A stretch of 63,222 bases of DNA, counting the filler, from Chiloscyllium plagiosum (lineage: Eukaryota), in assembly GCF_004010195.1 (NCBI RefSeq). It is 4 parts of one record of this genome, joined end to end, with 100 filler letters (N's around TTAATTAATTAA, not from the genome) between each part and the next. Parts side by side here need not be neighbours in the genome. Positions count along the whole stretch, not along the records: positions 25,503 to 50,867 come from NC_057717.1; positions 50,968 to 56,270 come from NC_057717.1; 2 more parts are not named here. One strand, written 5' to 3'. Position 1 is the first letter of the stretch; the number at the start of each line of letters is the position of its first letter. Both the position numbers and the translations under genes were made by a program. The notes beneath the pieces were generated by a model, which had not been told where the DNA came from, made no database searches, and saw nothing but the letters and a program-made list of their open reading frames with translations. This document shows, piece after piece, positions 38,735 through 52,567 of this stretch.

Positions 38735-41700
38735 TTGATCAACAAAAATTATTCTTGGTTAAATCTTCTCAAAGTGCAACAGGAATCAATTCATGAAATT
38801 CATATATCTCACATTTACCTTTACTTTGTGAAGGCTGAGACATTATTAAATTATTGTTAGTAATTGAAACCGTGCTGACAAACCTGTACAACATCAGTGC
38901 CTCAGCTTTAGAGTTTTTCTAGATATCACGCAGCTGCAGTATTTTGTTTTGCACTCAGCTATATGTTGTTTTCACTTGTTTCTTTGTGAAAGATTACAAA
39001 ATTAATTTGGATGAATGAACTTATGATTGCTTTCACCAATGTTTGGAGAAACAAAATGTCAGTATTTCAAGTGCTGATAAAGTAAAATAAACCGATAATC
39101 AGTAGAAAGGTTTTAGATGGATATGGAACAAATGCTGGCAAGTGGGACTAGATTAATTTTGGATATCTGGTCAGCATGGGCAAGTTGGACTGAAGGGTCT
39201 GATTTTGTGTTGTACAACTGTGACTTCATTCTCTCAATTATTCAAGAAGTTAAATACTTCGATGAGGAAAAGGAGAATTTACACAGAGAATGCACTTGCA
39301 ATGATGATTGAGGTTTATCAAACTCACATTGTTTCATGACCTTTTCCTCTGGTTTCTTCAATGAACAAACTGGTTCTATTATCTGAATAACTATGGATCA
39401 TGTGATTTGTTTCGCACAAAATATTTCATTAGGATCTGGTGAACTATTCAGAAGTGCTCATGTTTAAAATTTAGGCAGCGTGATTGTTAAGCAAGGAAAG
39501 GTTGTGTTTTACTCCAACTGAATCATTGCTCTATAAAAGGTAACAATCTTTTTGTCTGTTCTGGGCACTGAATATATGGAAGTCAATTCTGAAGGAAAAC
39601 AATCCTTGTCGGTAATGTTCCCATATATGTGGAGTAATTGCTTCTGGTCACTCTTCAGGTTATAGAGGCTCGGAAAGAAATGAGTTGGCCAAAGTTAGCA
39701 ACATCATTTGGATGGACTATGCTCATTGGGGAAACTTGCAAGATCTGAAGAAGAAACACGTGTTTCAGAGTGTTTGCAATAAACCAGAACATTGTTTTTT
39801 TTTTCCAGAGTTTGGGACCCGACTGGAGCAGCAATGAAGCTCGTATTGTTTTTTTAAATTTCCGAGCTTGCCAAATTATTGTTGGTAAATGCAGGTGACT
39901 TTATCAAAGCACATTTCATATTCCCCAGCCAGGAATTTTATCCCAATTCTGTCAGTCCATCCATTCCTATCGATGACAGGTATTTTAGATGTGAGCATTC
40001 AATTTAACTATTTGAATTGAATACTTCAGTGGTTATGTCCTCTTGGATTCTTAATTTCAAATTACTCAGTGATTTTCTGTCCCCCCTGAATTTGCCAAGC
40101 ACTGGGCAGTTCTGTAATATTCCAAATATTTACAATAGATGCATTCACACTATTGAAGGCAACCTGGCAGATTTGAATACCATTCAGGTAGTCAGCAACA
40201 ATACATAAAGCTACTTATGAATTGCTTACTGTACACCAACAACGCAAGCCAAGTATTAGTGAAACCACAGATTGTTTCCCATGGATTCCCAAATCTAAAC
40301 AGTGCATTCCAGATATGCTCACTATCACCATCTGGGAGCAGTCTCCCAAAGTGGTCCCAGAATTTAGAAAGCGCACACACTGCCCTCCAAAGCGAACTCT
40401 GCTGTCACAGGCTTCACTCTTATTGTATACAATGACATTTATTGTCCAGTTCTTTAACGTGACAAATGATTTTACAAACAATTTATAAAATACTTTAAAT
40501 CCTGAAGAACTGTGATGTCAGCCCTTTGTAGAAGTGAATGAAAAGTGTGATGTTTGCTTGACCTTTGGCTCTATGTATCAGACTGAACCGAACCTTTAGC
40601 AAGATGTGGGATGGTTCCCACACACTGTTTAAAAAAGCAAAGATTACTCTCTGAGATTTAAATGTTCAATGGGGTTTAATAAAAATCCTTCCAAAAATTG
40701 AGTGTTTGACTTGAGCTCCTTTAAACAGACACGCTCTTGGCCTTCAATTTTGTGACATGTGATCATTCTCTGGTAAAGGTGGCTGTGTGCAACACTGCTG
40801 GATGTTGTGCTGAAGTGCCTCATTGGGTGGATGAGCTTTATTACTGATGTAACTTGGCTAATTTTGAGATGGAATATTATTTTGAGTTAAATCTTGTTTG
40901 TAAACTGAGATGTGCTTGTGTAACTCAAGTGTGGAAACTATGCTCATGTTTGCAATGAACCTTTCATTTTTGGAGAATAGTATTTTTCCGATCTGTTTTG
41001 TAAATAAAGTTCAATATAGAAAGCACAGTGCTGGAGAACCGCAGGTGCAGCAGCATCTCTATAGGGGATAAAGCATTGTAAGCTCCAAGTCTCATGACCA
41101 TTTGTCCGTTCAGACGAAGAGTCACTGAAATTGAAAGTAACATTATTTTTCTCTTCACAGATGCCCTCAGAACTGCTGAGTTTCTCCAGAACTTTGTTTC
41201 TGGGGTTCAGATCTCCAGCACTTGCAGTTTAATGTTTTGTTATAGATCCTATAATTTGACTTGAGGAGCGAGAGGCAGCAACTGTGATCAACTCCCCAAC
41301 CATGAAAAAAATCAGTTCTTTATACTTTGCAAAACACGACTGTAAATGAGAAATGCAATTAAGCTAAGTGCAAGATGGTATACCACCTGCCTTGTTTCAA
41401 ACCTCCTACTCATCTTTGAGGACTAATCTGTCAGAATTGTGTTTGCTCACTTCCTTTGAGATCACAGTCCACAAATGTCCCAGTTCCAATTCCTGGGCCA
41501 GGCCCAGTTACCACATTGCAGTGGGGTGGGGAGCTTTGTGTCAGCCTGAGGTTTTTGTTAATAACAACATTGCAGNNNNNNNNNNNNNNNNNNNNNNNNN
41601 NNNNNNNNNNNNNNNNNNNNNNNNNNNNNNNNNNNNNNNNNNNNNNNNNNNNNNNNNNNNNNNNNNNNNNNNNNNNNNNNNNNNNNNNNNNNNNNNNNNN

Positions 41701-44700
41701 NNNNNNNNNNNNNNNNNNNNNNNNNNNNNNNNNNNNNNNNNNNNNNNNNNNNNNNNNNNNNNNNNNNNNNNNNNNNNNNNNNNNNNNNNNNNNNNNNNNN
41801 NNNNNNNNNNNNNNNNNNNNNNNNNNNNNNNNNTTACATCTACCAATGCACTGGAAAATACAACAACACAATCAGCCCTCTTTACCCTGCATCTTCTGTC
41901 TCACTGTGGGCCAAAACAGCAGGAGAACTGTACTCCAGCCCAATCTGAAATCTCATGGCTTGGTATATCCCCCATCCAACCATTAACATCAAGCCAGGGG
42001 ATCAACCCTAGTTCAATGGAGAGTTTTGCAGGGCATGCCAGGAGCAATACCAGGCATACCTAAAAATGTGGTGCCAACCAGGTGAAGCTACCCAACCTGC
42101 ATGCCAAACAGTGCAAGCAACACCAAATAGAACTATGTGATCCAACAACCAATGGATCAGATCTGAGCTCTGCAGTTCTGCCACACCTAGTCAGGAATGG
42201 TGATGGGCAATTAAACAACTCACTGCAGGAAGCATCACAGATATCCCCACCCTTACTGATGGAGGGGTCTCACACATCCATGCAACAGACAAGACAGCAG
42301 CATTTGCAGCAATCTTCAGCCAGCAGTGCCAAGTGGATGAGCCTTCTACATTGGTCCATGACATCACAGACGTGAATCAACTTGGTTGAAAACTTATTTC
42401 AAATAAGATGAAGAAATGGAGAAGTAGTGTAAAGGCTGTCACCCCTGCCAACATTGTGGCAATAATACTGATGGCTGTGCTCCAGAAATTGTTGCCCAAT
42501 AAGACAAGTCCAGCACTGGCACCTACTGACATTGTGGAACATTTCCCAGGGATGTTCAACACAAAAACGCAGGACAGAGACAACCCAGCCAATTTCCCTT
42601 CATCAGTACACACTCGCTCAGCAGTGAAGTGATGGAAGGTGTCATCAACAGTGCTGTCACGCAGCTGCTCAGCAATAACCTTCTGTGACGCCCAGTTTGG
42701 GTTCTGCCAGGGCCACTCAGCTCCTGATGTTGTTACAGACTTGATTCAAAAACTGACAAACAGCTGCATTCCAGAGGTGAGGTGAGGGTGATAGCCCAGT
42801 CCCACTTCAAGACCACTATTTCGACTTTAGTGATATCACCTGACCTCACCACAGTCTCAGCTCATTTACTGAAACTCTCATTCATTCATTTTGTTAACTC
42901 TAGATTTCATTATCTAAACCCACTCCTGGCCAGCATCCCACAATCACCCTCCCTATAATCTCCAGAATATTGAAAACTCTACCGCCCAAGTGCTCGCTTG
43001 GCCAGAACTTGCTGATCCATCAAAAGGCTCCCATTTATAAGCAACAACAATTTACTTTCACACCATTGACTTCATTCCTGGCTGTAATCATTCCTATCTT
43101 TCCGCACCACACACCCTTTCACATCTCAATAACTCATTTTAGTTTAGACTCCCAATGATGTGTTTATTTTTGAGTTTAGCTGTGTGACTGTTTCTATAGA
43201 TTCCAAGGCAACACGGTCTGGAATTCCCACCCTCTAAGATCTGCTTTCTTCTTTTAAGGCATTCCTGAAAAATTGCTTATTTGGCAATGGTTTTGGTCAC
43301 TGGGCATAATATTCTCCAGCTGTAGCCTTATGTCAAAAGCTCTCAATATTTTTGTGAAATTAAAAACATGTTGATTTGTACAGATATCTTCCACTTTTCA
43401 CTATCGCTGAGTGAATAATCTGTAATGTCTCTTACCCAACCACATTGTGGGAGCGCCTTCACCATTCAAATTGCAGCTGTACAAGGAAGTCCAACATCAC
43501 CCTCTCCAGAGGCAACAGGGCTTTGGCAATGATCACTGGTATCTGTGGAAGGAGAAATACACATGATATTTCAGGGAGTGCAATATGAATTATAGGGAAT
43601 GAAAATGGTGCAGAATTTGACTGTCAGAAATGGAAGAAAAATCCGCTCACTATTGGAAAAAAGAATTCTTGACTGTCAAAGATATTGTGGAAAAAATAAC
43701 CTGATAATGGAGCAGCAGACGGTCAGGAGTCGGGCAGCAGTGGACAATCCATTTACAAAAAGGTCTGTGAACGTAGTAGTAAAATACTAAACATGGCAAA
43801 AATACACTCATGTGAGACTGAAGAAGCTAGGTAACGAACAAGTGGACATCAAGGAGCCCAGAGGTGAATCAGAGCAGTGTTCACTTTTATGATCCCACAG
43901 TCAGAGATGCGCAGCACAAAAACAGACTCTTCAATCCAACCCATCTATGCAAACCAGATATTCTAACCTAAAGTGTTCCCATTTGCAGCACTTGACCGAC
44001 ATCCCTCTGAACCCTTCCTATTCAAATGCCTTTTAAATGTTACAATTTTGGTTGCCCTTTAGGCTCCTTTTGAATTTTCCCCTCTCACCCTAAACCTATA
44101 TCCTCTAGTTCTGGGCTCCACCACCCCAAGGTAAACACATTGTCTATTTACACTATCCATGCCCCTCACGATTTTATAAACCTCTTCAACATCACACCTC
44201 AGCCTATGACACTTAAGCGAAAATGGCCCCAGCCTATTATGCCTCTCCCTGCAACTCAAATCCTTCAACCCTGGCAACATCCTTAAAAAATCAATTCTCA
44301 AACCTTCCATGTTTCAGTGCCTCTTTCTAAAAAGAGGGAGACCAGAATTGCACACAATATTCCAAAAGTGGCGTGGCCTAACCAATGTCCTGCACAGCTC
44401 CTTTACTCAATGCTCTGACCAACGAAGGGAAGAATCCAAAACAACTTCTTCACTATCCTATCTACCTGTGACTCTACTTTCAAGGAACTATGAACATGCA
44501 CTCCAAGGTCTCTTTGTTCAGCAAGACTCTCCAATACCTTACAATTCAGTGTGAGTCCTGCTCTGATTTGCTTTTCTAAGATGCAGCACCTCACATTTAT
44601 CTAAAGTAAACCCTATCTGCCACTCAGCAACCCTTTGGCCCATCTGATCAATATTCCATTGTATTCTGAGACAACCTTTATCACTGTCCACAATACCTCC

Positions 44701-44869
44701 AATTTTGGTGTCATCTGCAAACTTACAAACCGTAGCGGCTCTATTCACATCCAAATCATTCAAATGGATGAAGAAACAAATCCAGAAAAACAAACATCCA
44801 TTTCTCTGGGTTTGAATGTGCTCTGTGTAAATCCTGCCCTCTGACTCTCTACCAGGGAGGGCTGCACAT

Positions 44870-45318
44870 ACACCTTTCTGAACTTTGCCCCCTACAAAGC
44901 TGGCGGACGCGCACGTGACCAGTGAATCATTGCCACGAATAAAGATGGCGGCGATCACACGATGAGGTTATTTTCCAGTTTACTGCAAAAACAGGACTGT
45001 AAGTTTCAAATTTGTATTTTCCGATGTGCACCAAATGTTTGTAAAACCTCTCAGCCCATACCAACACCATTTCCGTCCCACTTCCTGCTGTTTATTTATT
45101 TCCTTACCAACAACTCTCCATCCACACGTCCCGCACACCCGCGCCCACCGTGAAGATGATCACGTGGTATAGTCTAGTCCCGTCCCTCATTTACTCTGAT
45201 TGGTCGGAGGACCAAATGCCCCGCCAGGTCGTCCAGCTGTGCCCCTGCCTTTCCATTGGTCTTCCGCTGACATCAATCACCCGGGGCCCATTGTTGCCTG
45301 GAGCATGCGCACTGCTTC
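44870..45318. promoter_or_regulatory. CpG-island-like promoter cluster, copy 2
   Basis: AAGATGGCGGC 44942-44952, donor GTAAGT at 44999, CACGTG, two ATTGG, GAGCATGCGCA 45301-45311. Confidence 0.7.
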
Positions 45319-46621
45319 ACGGCTATTGTTGCTGTTTATCAGTTACAAGAGTGAGACACAAAAGTTAAAAATCACACAACCATCTGATGAAGAAGCTGCA
45401 AAGCGAGTGCTTCCAAATAAACCTGTTGGACTATAACCCGGTGTTCTGTGAATTTTAATTTTGTCCAACCTAATCCAACACCAGCACCTGAAAGTCAAGA
45501 GTGCGGGAGGAATGCAAAACATAACAACAAAAGAACTAGGAACAGGAGAAGGCCATCCTGCCCTTTGAGCTTGCTCTGCCATTCATTAAGATCATGGCTG
45601 ATCATTTCGTGGGCGCAGAACCATTCACCAACGTTCTCACCATATCCCTTAATCAATTAGTTATTTTTTTTAAAAAAAAGTTACCTTAGCTTTAAGAACG
45701 TTTACTGAACTAGCATCAACTACTTCCCTGGGCAATGAATTCTAGAGGTCAAGAGGTTCCTTCTCAATTCAGTCCTAAATTTTCTGCCTCTAATCTTGAG
45801 GTGATGCCCTCTTGTCCTGGCTTCATCTGCCAGTGGAAACATTCTCTCTACTTCTATTTTATCCATTCCATTCATTATTTTATATGTTACCCATTCTTCT
45901 GATTTCCAATGAATATAATCCCAATTGACTCGGCCTCTGTTAAGCCAACCCCCTCAACTCCGGAATCAACCTAGTTAACCTCCACTGCAACCCCTCTAAT
46001 GCCGGTACATCCTTGAGCAAGTAAGGAGACAGAAACTGCATGCAGTACTCCAGGTGGGGCCAGCACCCAGACAGCGGGAACATAATCTCTGCTTGTAAAC
46101 ACACTCCCTTCAGCAATGAAAGCCAAAATTCCATTTGGTTTCTGAAATGATTGTTGTACCTGGTAACCAACCTTCATGCAGAAAGTTACTCAGGTGCCGC
46201 TGCATAACAAATGATGCAACTTTTTTAAAATACAAGTAATAATCTCTTTTTTAATGTTACTCCAACCAAACAGTCGGTCTTTGCATTTATGAACATTCTA
46301 TTCCAAATGCCAGACCATTACCCACTCAATCAATGTATTTATGTTCCTTTGCAAAGTTTCACAGTCCTCCGCACACTTTGTTCTGCTACTCATCTTAGTG
46401 TCATATGCAAACTTTGACACCCTATATGTGGTCGCCAACTCCAAATCATCTGTATCAATTCTAAATAATCGCAGTCCCAACACTGATCCTTGAGGCACAC
46501 TATTAGTCACTGATTGCCAGCCGGAATAGTACTCATTTATCCCCACACTTTGCTTCCTGTTCGTCAACCAATCTTCTATCCATGCTAATACTCTACTCCT
46601 AACGCCATGCACCTTTATATT

Positions 46622-46657
46622 ATTCCTGAAGAAGGGCCTGTGCCCGAAACGTCGAAT
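46622..46657 (+). ncRNA. Minimal type I hammerhead ribozyme motif, family 1
   Basis: ATTC CTGAAGA A GGGC CTGT GCCC GAAAC GTC GAAT: stem I ATTC/GAAT, stem II GGGC/GCCC, ACGT palindrome, GUC triplet. Confidence 0.85.
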
Positions 46658-46749
46658 CTCCTGTTCCCTGGATGCTGCCTGACCTGCTGTGCTGTTCCAG
46701 CAATAAAGTTTCAACTTTGATCTCCAGCATCTGCAGACCTCACTTTCTC
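46624..46749 (+). mobile_element. 126-bp solo PLE terminal-repeat insertion with 14-bp TSD
   Basis: cacctttatattat at 46610-46623 and 46750-46763; uninterrupted site in the paralog near 29598-29611. Confidence 0.92.
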
Positions 46750-49700
46750 CACCTTTATATTATGCAACAGCCTCTTGCACAGCACCTTGTTGAAGGCCTT
46801 TTGGAAATCCGGGTACACCGCATCTACTGGGTCCCCGTTGTCCACCTTGGTCGAAATGTCTTCATAGAATTCCAAAAGATTTGTGAAGCATGACCTGCCC
46901 GACATGAACCCATGCTCTGTCTGTCCAATGGGACAATTTCTATTAAGATTGCCTGCTATTTCTTCCTTGATAATAGACCCAAGCATCTTTCCCACTACAG
47001 AGAATAGGCCAACTGGTGTATAATTCCCCACCTTTTGTCCACCTCCTTTTTAAAAACGTGGCATCACTTTTTCTGCTTTCCAATCTGCTGGGACTGCCAC
47101 AGAGTCCAGTGAATTTTGGAAAATTACTGCCAGTGCATTTGCTATTTCTCCTGGCATCTCCTTTAGTACCCTGGGATGCATTCCATCAGGGTCAGAAGAC
47201 GTTTCTGTCATTAGCTGAATTACCTCCAACAGTCCAACACTAGCTGTTCCGTAATAATGATATTTTCCAAACCCTCACCTATCTTTTTCTCTTTGCAAAT
47301 TATTGGCAAGATATTAGTTTCCTCCACTATTATATCCCATAATTAAATGTTCCTTCTCATTTTCCAAAGGACCAACATTTACTTTAGCCACTCTTTTCTC
47401 ATTCAATATAAGATTTTGCTATTGTCTTTATAGTTTGTGCTAGTTTATTTTTCTCATGTTCTATCTTACGTTTCTTTATAGCTCTTCTGTGGCATTCTGT
47501 TGACGTTTAAAGTTTTCCAAGTTCTAGTTTCAGGCTGTTTTTGGCCACTTTGCGTGCCTTCTCTTTCAATTTGATCGCTTTCTTTAGATACCCATCGCAG
47601 AGTATGCCTTTTCTTACAGTCCTTCCTTTTCAATGAAATATATCATTGCTGAGCACTTTGTAAAGTGTCTTTGAAAATCTTCCACTGCTCATCAACTGTC
47701 CCACAATAAAATCTTTGTTCCCAGTCTACCTTATCCAGGTTCTCCCTCATTCTATTGTAATTCCCTGTGTTGAAGCGCAGGACCCAGGTATTAGATTTTA
47801 TCTTCACACTCCATATGTATTCTAAATTCAACCATACAGTGATCACTTCTTTCAAGAGGATCCCTAACTCTGAGGTCATTAATTATTCCTGTCTCATTGC
47901 ACAGGGCCAGATGCTGGATAGATTGCTCCTTTGTCAGTTCCATTTCATCCTGGTCAAAAAAACTATCATGGATACACTTAATAAACTCAAGACTACCCTG
48001 ACTGAGCTGGTTCGACCAATCTACATGTAGATTAAAATCACCCATAGCCATACCATTTTTACAGGCAATAGTTATTTCTTTGTTTATTGCCCATTCCAGT
48101 GTGATGTTATTATTTGGTGGCCTGCACACTACACCTGTCAGTGACTTTCTTGTTAGAATTTTGAATGCATCATTCCTGTTTCTCCTAATGTACAGCAATA
48201 ACAACAACTACTTGCATTGTATGGAATCTTTCACAATGGCAAATTTCCTAAGGTGCTTCATGGATGATCAAAACGTTGATTAAAGAGAATGATTTTAAAA
48301 TACATCTTAAAGGAGGATAGAGAAGGTTTGGGAGGGTATTCCACAGTCTTCTGCCCTTGACAGCACCATTCGTGGAGTGATGCAGGTGGGGTGGGTTGGA
48401 AAGGGAACGTGCAAAGGGGAAATGGAGAAGTGCAGGCAGTGCATAAGGTCTTAAGGACAGGGGAAGTTCCAGACTGAGTCTGTCTGTCAGAGAGTATGGC
48501 TGCCTCATGGAGTTTGAAGTTCTGCAATGGGTCCATGCATGTCACGTTAGTCGAGGAGAGTATAACGGTGGCTGAGAGAACTTTTGATGAGGACAAGTCT
48601 CCTGAGGTAGTGTGGGCTGAGGTTAGAAACAGAAGAGGAGGTCACACTGCTTAGAGTTTTTTATAGGCCTCCGCAGAGTTCCAGGGAGGTGGAAGAGAGG
48701 ATTAGCAAAATTATTCTGGATAGGAGTGAAAGTAACAGGGTGGTAATTATGGACTTTAACTTCCCCAAAATTGACTGGAAATGCTATAACTCTAATATGT
48801 CGGATGAATCCGTTTTTATCCAATGTGTACAGGGTTTCCTGACAGTATGTTGAAGGGCCGACAAGAGGGGAGGCCTCATTGGATCCGGTCCTTGGTAATG
48901 AACCAGAGTAGGTGTTTGATTTAGTTGTAGGTAAGCACTTTGGAGAGATTGACCATAATTCAATTAAGTTTAGTTGAGTGATGGAAAGGAATAAGTACAT
49001 GCCACAGGTCAAGAGTTATTGATGGGGCAAGGTCAATTATAATGCTATTCGGCAAGAATCAGATGCACTGAATGGGGTAGCAAAATGCATGGGATGCAGA
49101 CAATGGAAATGTGGAGCTGGTTTAAGGAACAGATATTGCGTATGTCCCTGTCAGGCAGGAGGAAATGATAAGGTAAGGGAACCTTGGTTTACTGCGGAAA
49201 CTGCATCTCTTGTTATGAAGAAGAAGGTGGCTTAGGTGTTGATGAGGCAAGATGGTTCAGATGAGGTGATGGAGAATTACAGATCAGCTGAGAAGGATTT
49301 AAAGAGAGAGTTAAAAAGAGCAATGAGAGGACATGAGCAGTCTTTAACAAATAGAATAAAGGAGAACCCTAAAGCTTTCTATAGGTAAGTGAGCAATAAA
49401 AAGATGATTAGGGTAGGAATAGGGCCAATCACAGACAGAATGGGAAGATGAGTGTTGACCCTGTGGAGATCGGAGAGATGCTAAATGAACATTTCTCATC
49501 GGTTTTCACTCAGGAAAAGGAGAATATTGTAGAGGAGGAGAATGAGGTATGAGATATTAGACTAAAAATTATCAAGGTTAGTTTCGAATAGATGTTATCA
49601 ATGCTGGAAGGAATGAAAATAGACGAGTCCTCTGGGCTGGATGGGATTTATCCAAGGATTCTCTGGGAAGCTAGGGAGAAGGTAGCATAGCCTTTGGCTT

Positions 49701-50967
49701 GGATATTTGAGTTGTCATTCTCTGCAGATTTGGTACCAGAGTACTGGAAGATTGCAAATGTTGTGCCCTTGTTCAAGAAGGGCAGTAGAGATGACCCAGT
49801 TAATTATAGACCAGTGAGCATTACTTCTGTTGTAGGAAAGGTTTAGGAAAGGATTATGAGAGATAATATTTATAATCATCTGGCAAACATCAATTTGATT
49901 TCAGATAGTCAACTTTGTATTGTCAAGGGCAGGTCATGTCTCACAAACCTCATTGAGTTTTTTGAGAAGGTCACCAAGCTTGTAGATGAGGGTAGGGCAG
50001 TTGACGTGGTACACGTGGACAAAAGTAAAGCCTTTGACAAGTTTCCACATGGTAGGCTGTTGGAGAAAATGCAGAGGCATAGAATTGAGGGTGATTTAGC
50101 AGTTTGGATTAGAAACTTGGTTTCTGAAAGAAGGCAGCGAGTGGTGGTTGATGGAAAATATTCAGCCTGGAGTTCAGTTACTAGTTACGTGCCACCAGAA
50201 TCTGTTTTGGGATCACTGCATGTATAGGTGAATGGATTAGGAAATTTGCAGACGACACTAAAGTCAGTGTAGAAGAATGTTACAGGTTGCAAGGGGACTT
50301 GGATAAACTGCAGAATTGGGATGAGAGGTGGCAAATAGAGTTCAATGCAACTAAATGTGAGGTGATGCACTTTGGGAAGAATAACAGGAAAGCTGAATAC
50401 TGGGTCAATGGAAAGATTCTTGGTAGTGTGGTGTGCAGAGGGATCTTTGAGCCCATGTGCATAGATCCCTGAAAGTTGCCACCCAGGTAGATAGTGCTGT
50501 GAAGAAGGAAAACGGTGTGTTAGGTTTCATTCGTGGAGGGATTGCGTTCCGAATTTGAAACACCATACTACAACTATACAAAACGCTGGTGCAGCCACAC
50601 TTGGAATATTGTGTTCAGTTCTGGTGCCCATATTTCTGGAAGGATCTGGAAACATTGGAAAAGGTGCAGAGGAGATTTACCAGAACGTTGCCTGGTCTGA
50701 AGAGAAGGTCTTGTGAGGAAAGGCTGAGAGACTAGAAACTCTTCTCTTTGGCAAGAATAAGGCTAGAGGGGATTTGATAGAGACATACAAGATGATCAGA
50801 GGATTAGAAAGGTAGACAGTGGAAGTAGTTTTCCTAGGATGATGACGTCAGCGTGGGGGGAATAGGGNNNNNNNNNNNNNNNNNNNNNNNNNNNNNNNNN
50901 NNNNNNNNNNNTTAATTAATTAANNNNNNNNNNNNNNNNNNNNNNNNNNNNNNNNNNNNNNNNNNNN

Positions 50968-51620
50968 TAAACTCTACTTTCTGCTCACTTGCTGTCCTGC
51001 TGCTCTGGTTTTCAGTCTCCTGCATTATTCATTTAAATCCACCCGAGATGCATCATCAAACCTCCCTGCCAGGATATTGGTGTCCCTCCAGTTAAAATGG
51101 ACGCTGTCCTTTTTTACAGATCCCAACTGCCCTTGACGAAATCCGAATGATCCTTAAATCTGAACCCCCAGTCTCCTGCATTATTCATTTAAATCCACCC
51201 GAGATGCATCATCAAACCTCCCTGCCAGGATATTGGTGTCCCTCCAGTTAAAATGGACGCTGTCCTTTTTTACAGATCCCAACTGCCCTTGACGAAATCC
51301 GAATGATCCTTAAATCTGAACCCCTCTTCCTGAACCAGGTCTTCAACCACATATTAAAGTTTTCTATCTTAATCTTCCTTATCCCACTTCCACTGTGCAC
51401 GAGGAGTAATCCCAAGATTACAATCTTGGATATCCTGCTTTTCCACTCAGGCGAATCTCCCTGCACTCTCCTTGCAGGATCTTGTCAATGTCATTGGTAC
51501 CAATGTGTACCACGGCCGCTGGCTGTTCATCGCCCCCCCCCCCCACCCCCCCCACCCCACTTCAGTATGCCCTGAGCATGCTCGGAGACATCCCTGATCT
51601 TCGCACCAAAGACACTTCTT
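50968..51620 (-). mobile_element. Degenerate CR1 ORF1 (esterase) fragment
   Basis: GAKIRDVSE, VHIGTNDI remnant, KIVILGLL, FNMWLKTW. Confidence 0.8.
51013..51324. repeat. Exact 156-bp tandem duplication
   Basis: 51013-51168 is identical to 51169-51324. Confidence 0.95.
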
Positions 51621-52567
51621 ATGAAGAATGCATAGAATCGTTGAATCCCTACATTGTGGAAAAAGGCCATTTGCCCAACATGCCCAAACTGACTCTCCAA
51701 AGAGTAACCCACCCATACACATTAGCCTACTCTCATATCTACATTTACCCCTGACTAATGCTCCTCACCTACACATCACTGAACACTATGATCGTAGTAA
51801 CCTGGCCAGAGCCAGTCTCCTACCATATGTTGATTCTGCTTTCGCACCACAGATGCTGCCAAAAATTCTGAGCATTCCCAGCAACTTCTGGTTTTGTCAC
51901 CAATGATGATCACATACTGATCAAAACCTATCCAATTCAGATTTGAAAAAAAAACCTTAATTTATTTTCTCAATAGAAAACCAAATATTTGGTCGTTCAA
52001 GACACAGCAAATCTCCATTGCATTATTTTGTTTGGTCTTTGATTATCATTTGTTCACTTTGCCAATCNNNNNNNNNNNNNNNNNNNNNNNNNNNNNNNNN
52101 NNNNNNNNNNNNNNNNNNNNNNNNNNNNNNNNNNNNNNNNNNNNNNNNNNNNNNNNNNNNNNNNNNNNNNNNNNNNNNNNNNNNNNNNNNNNNNNNNNNN
52201 NNNNNNNNNNNNNNNNNNNNNNNNNNNNNNNNNNNNNNNNNNNNNNNNNNNNNNNNNNNNNNNNNNNNNNNNNNNNNNNNNNNNNNNNNNNNNNNNNNNN
52301 NNNNNNNNNNNNNNNNNNNNNNNNNNNNNNNNNNNNNNNNNNNNNNNNNNNNNNNNNNNNNNNNNNNNNNNNNNNNNNNNNNNNNNNNNNNNNNNNNNNN
52401 NNNNNNNNNNNNNNNNNNNNNNNNNNNNNNNNNNNNNNNNNNNNNNNNNNNNNNNNNNNNNNNNNNNNNNNNNNNNNNNNNNNNNNNNNNNNNNNNNNNN
52501 NNNNNNNNNNNNNNNNNNNNNNNNNNNNNNNNNNNNNNNNNNNNNNNNNNNNNNNNNNNNNNNNNNN

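Larger units (their letters stand above)
39598..50817 (-). repeat. Right copy of ~11 kb segmental duplication
   Basis: Reverse complement of 25503-36942 with scattered substitutions, indels and copy-specific insertions. Confidence 0.95.

Noticed and set aside
39640..40490. Short ORFs in the unique part of the duplication as a duplicated gene
   Set aside because: No recognisable homology. Most frames are broken by stops or indels in one of the two copies, and shared short ORFs are expected at ~90% identity.
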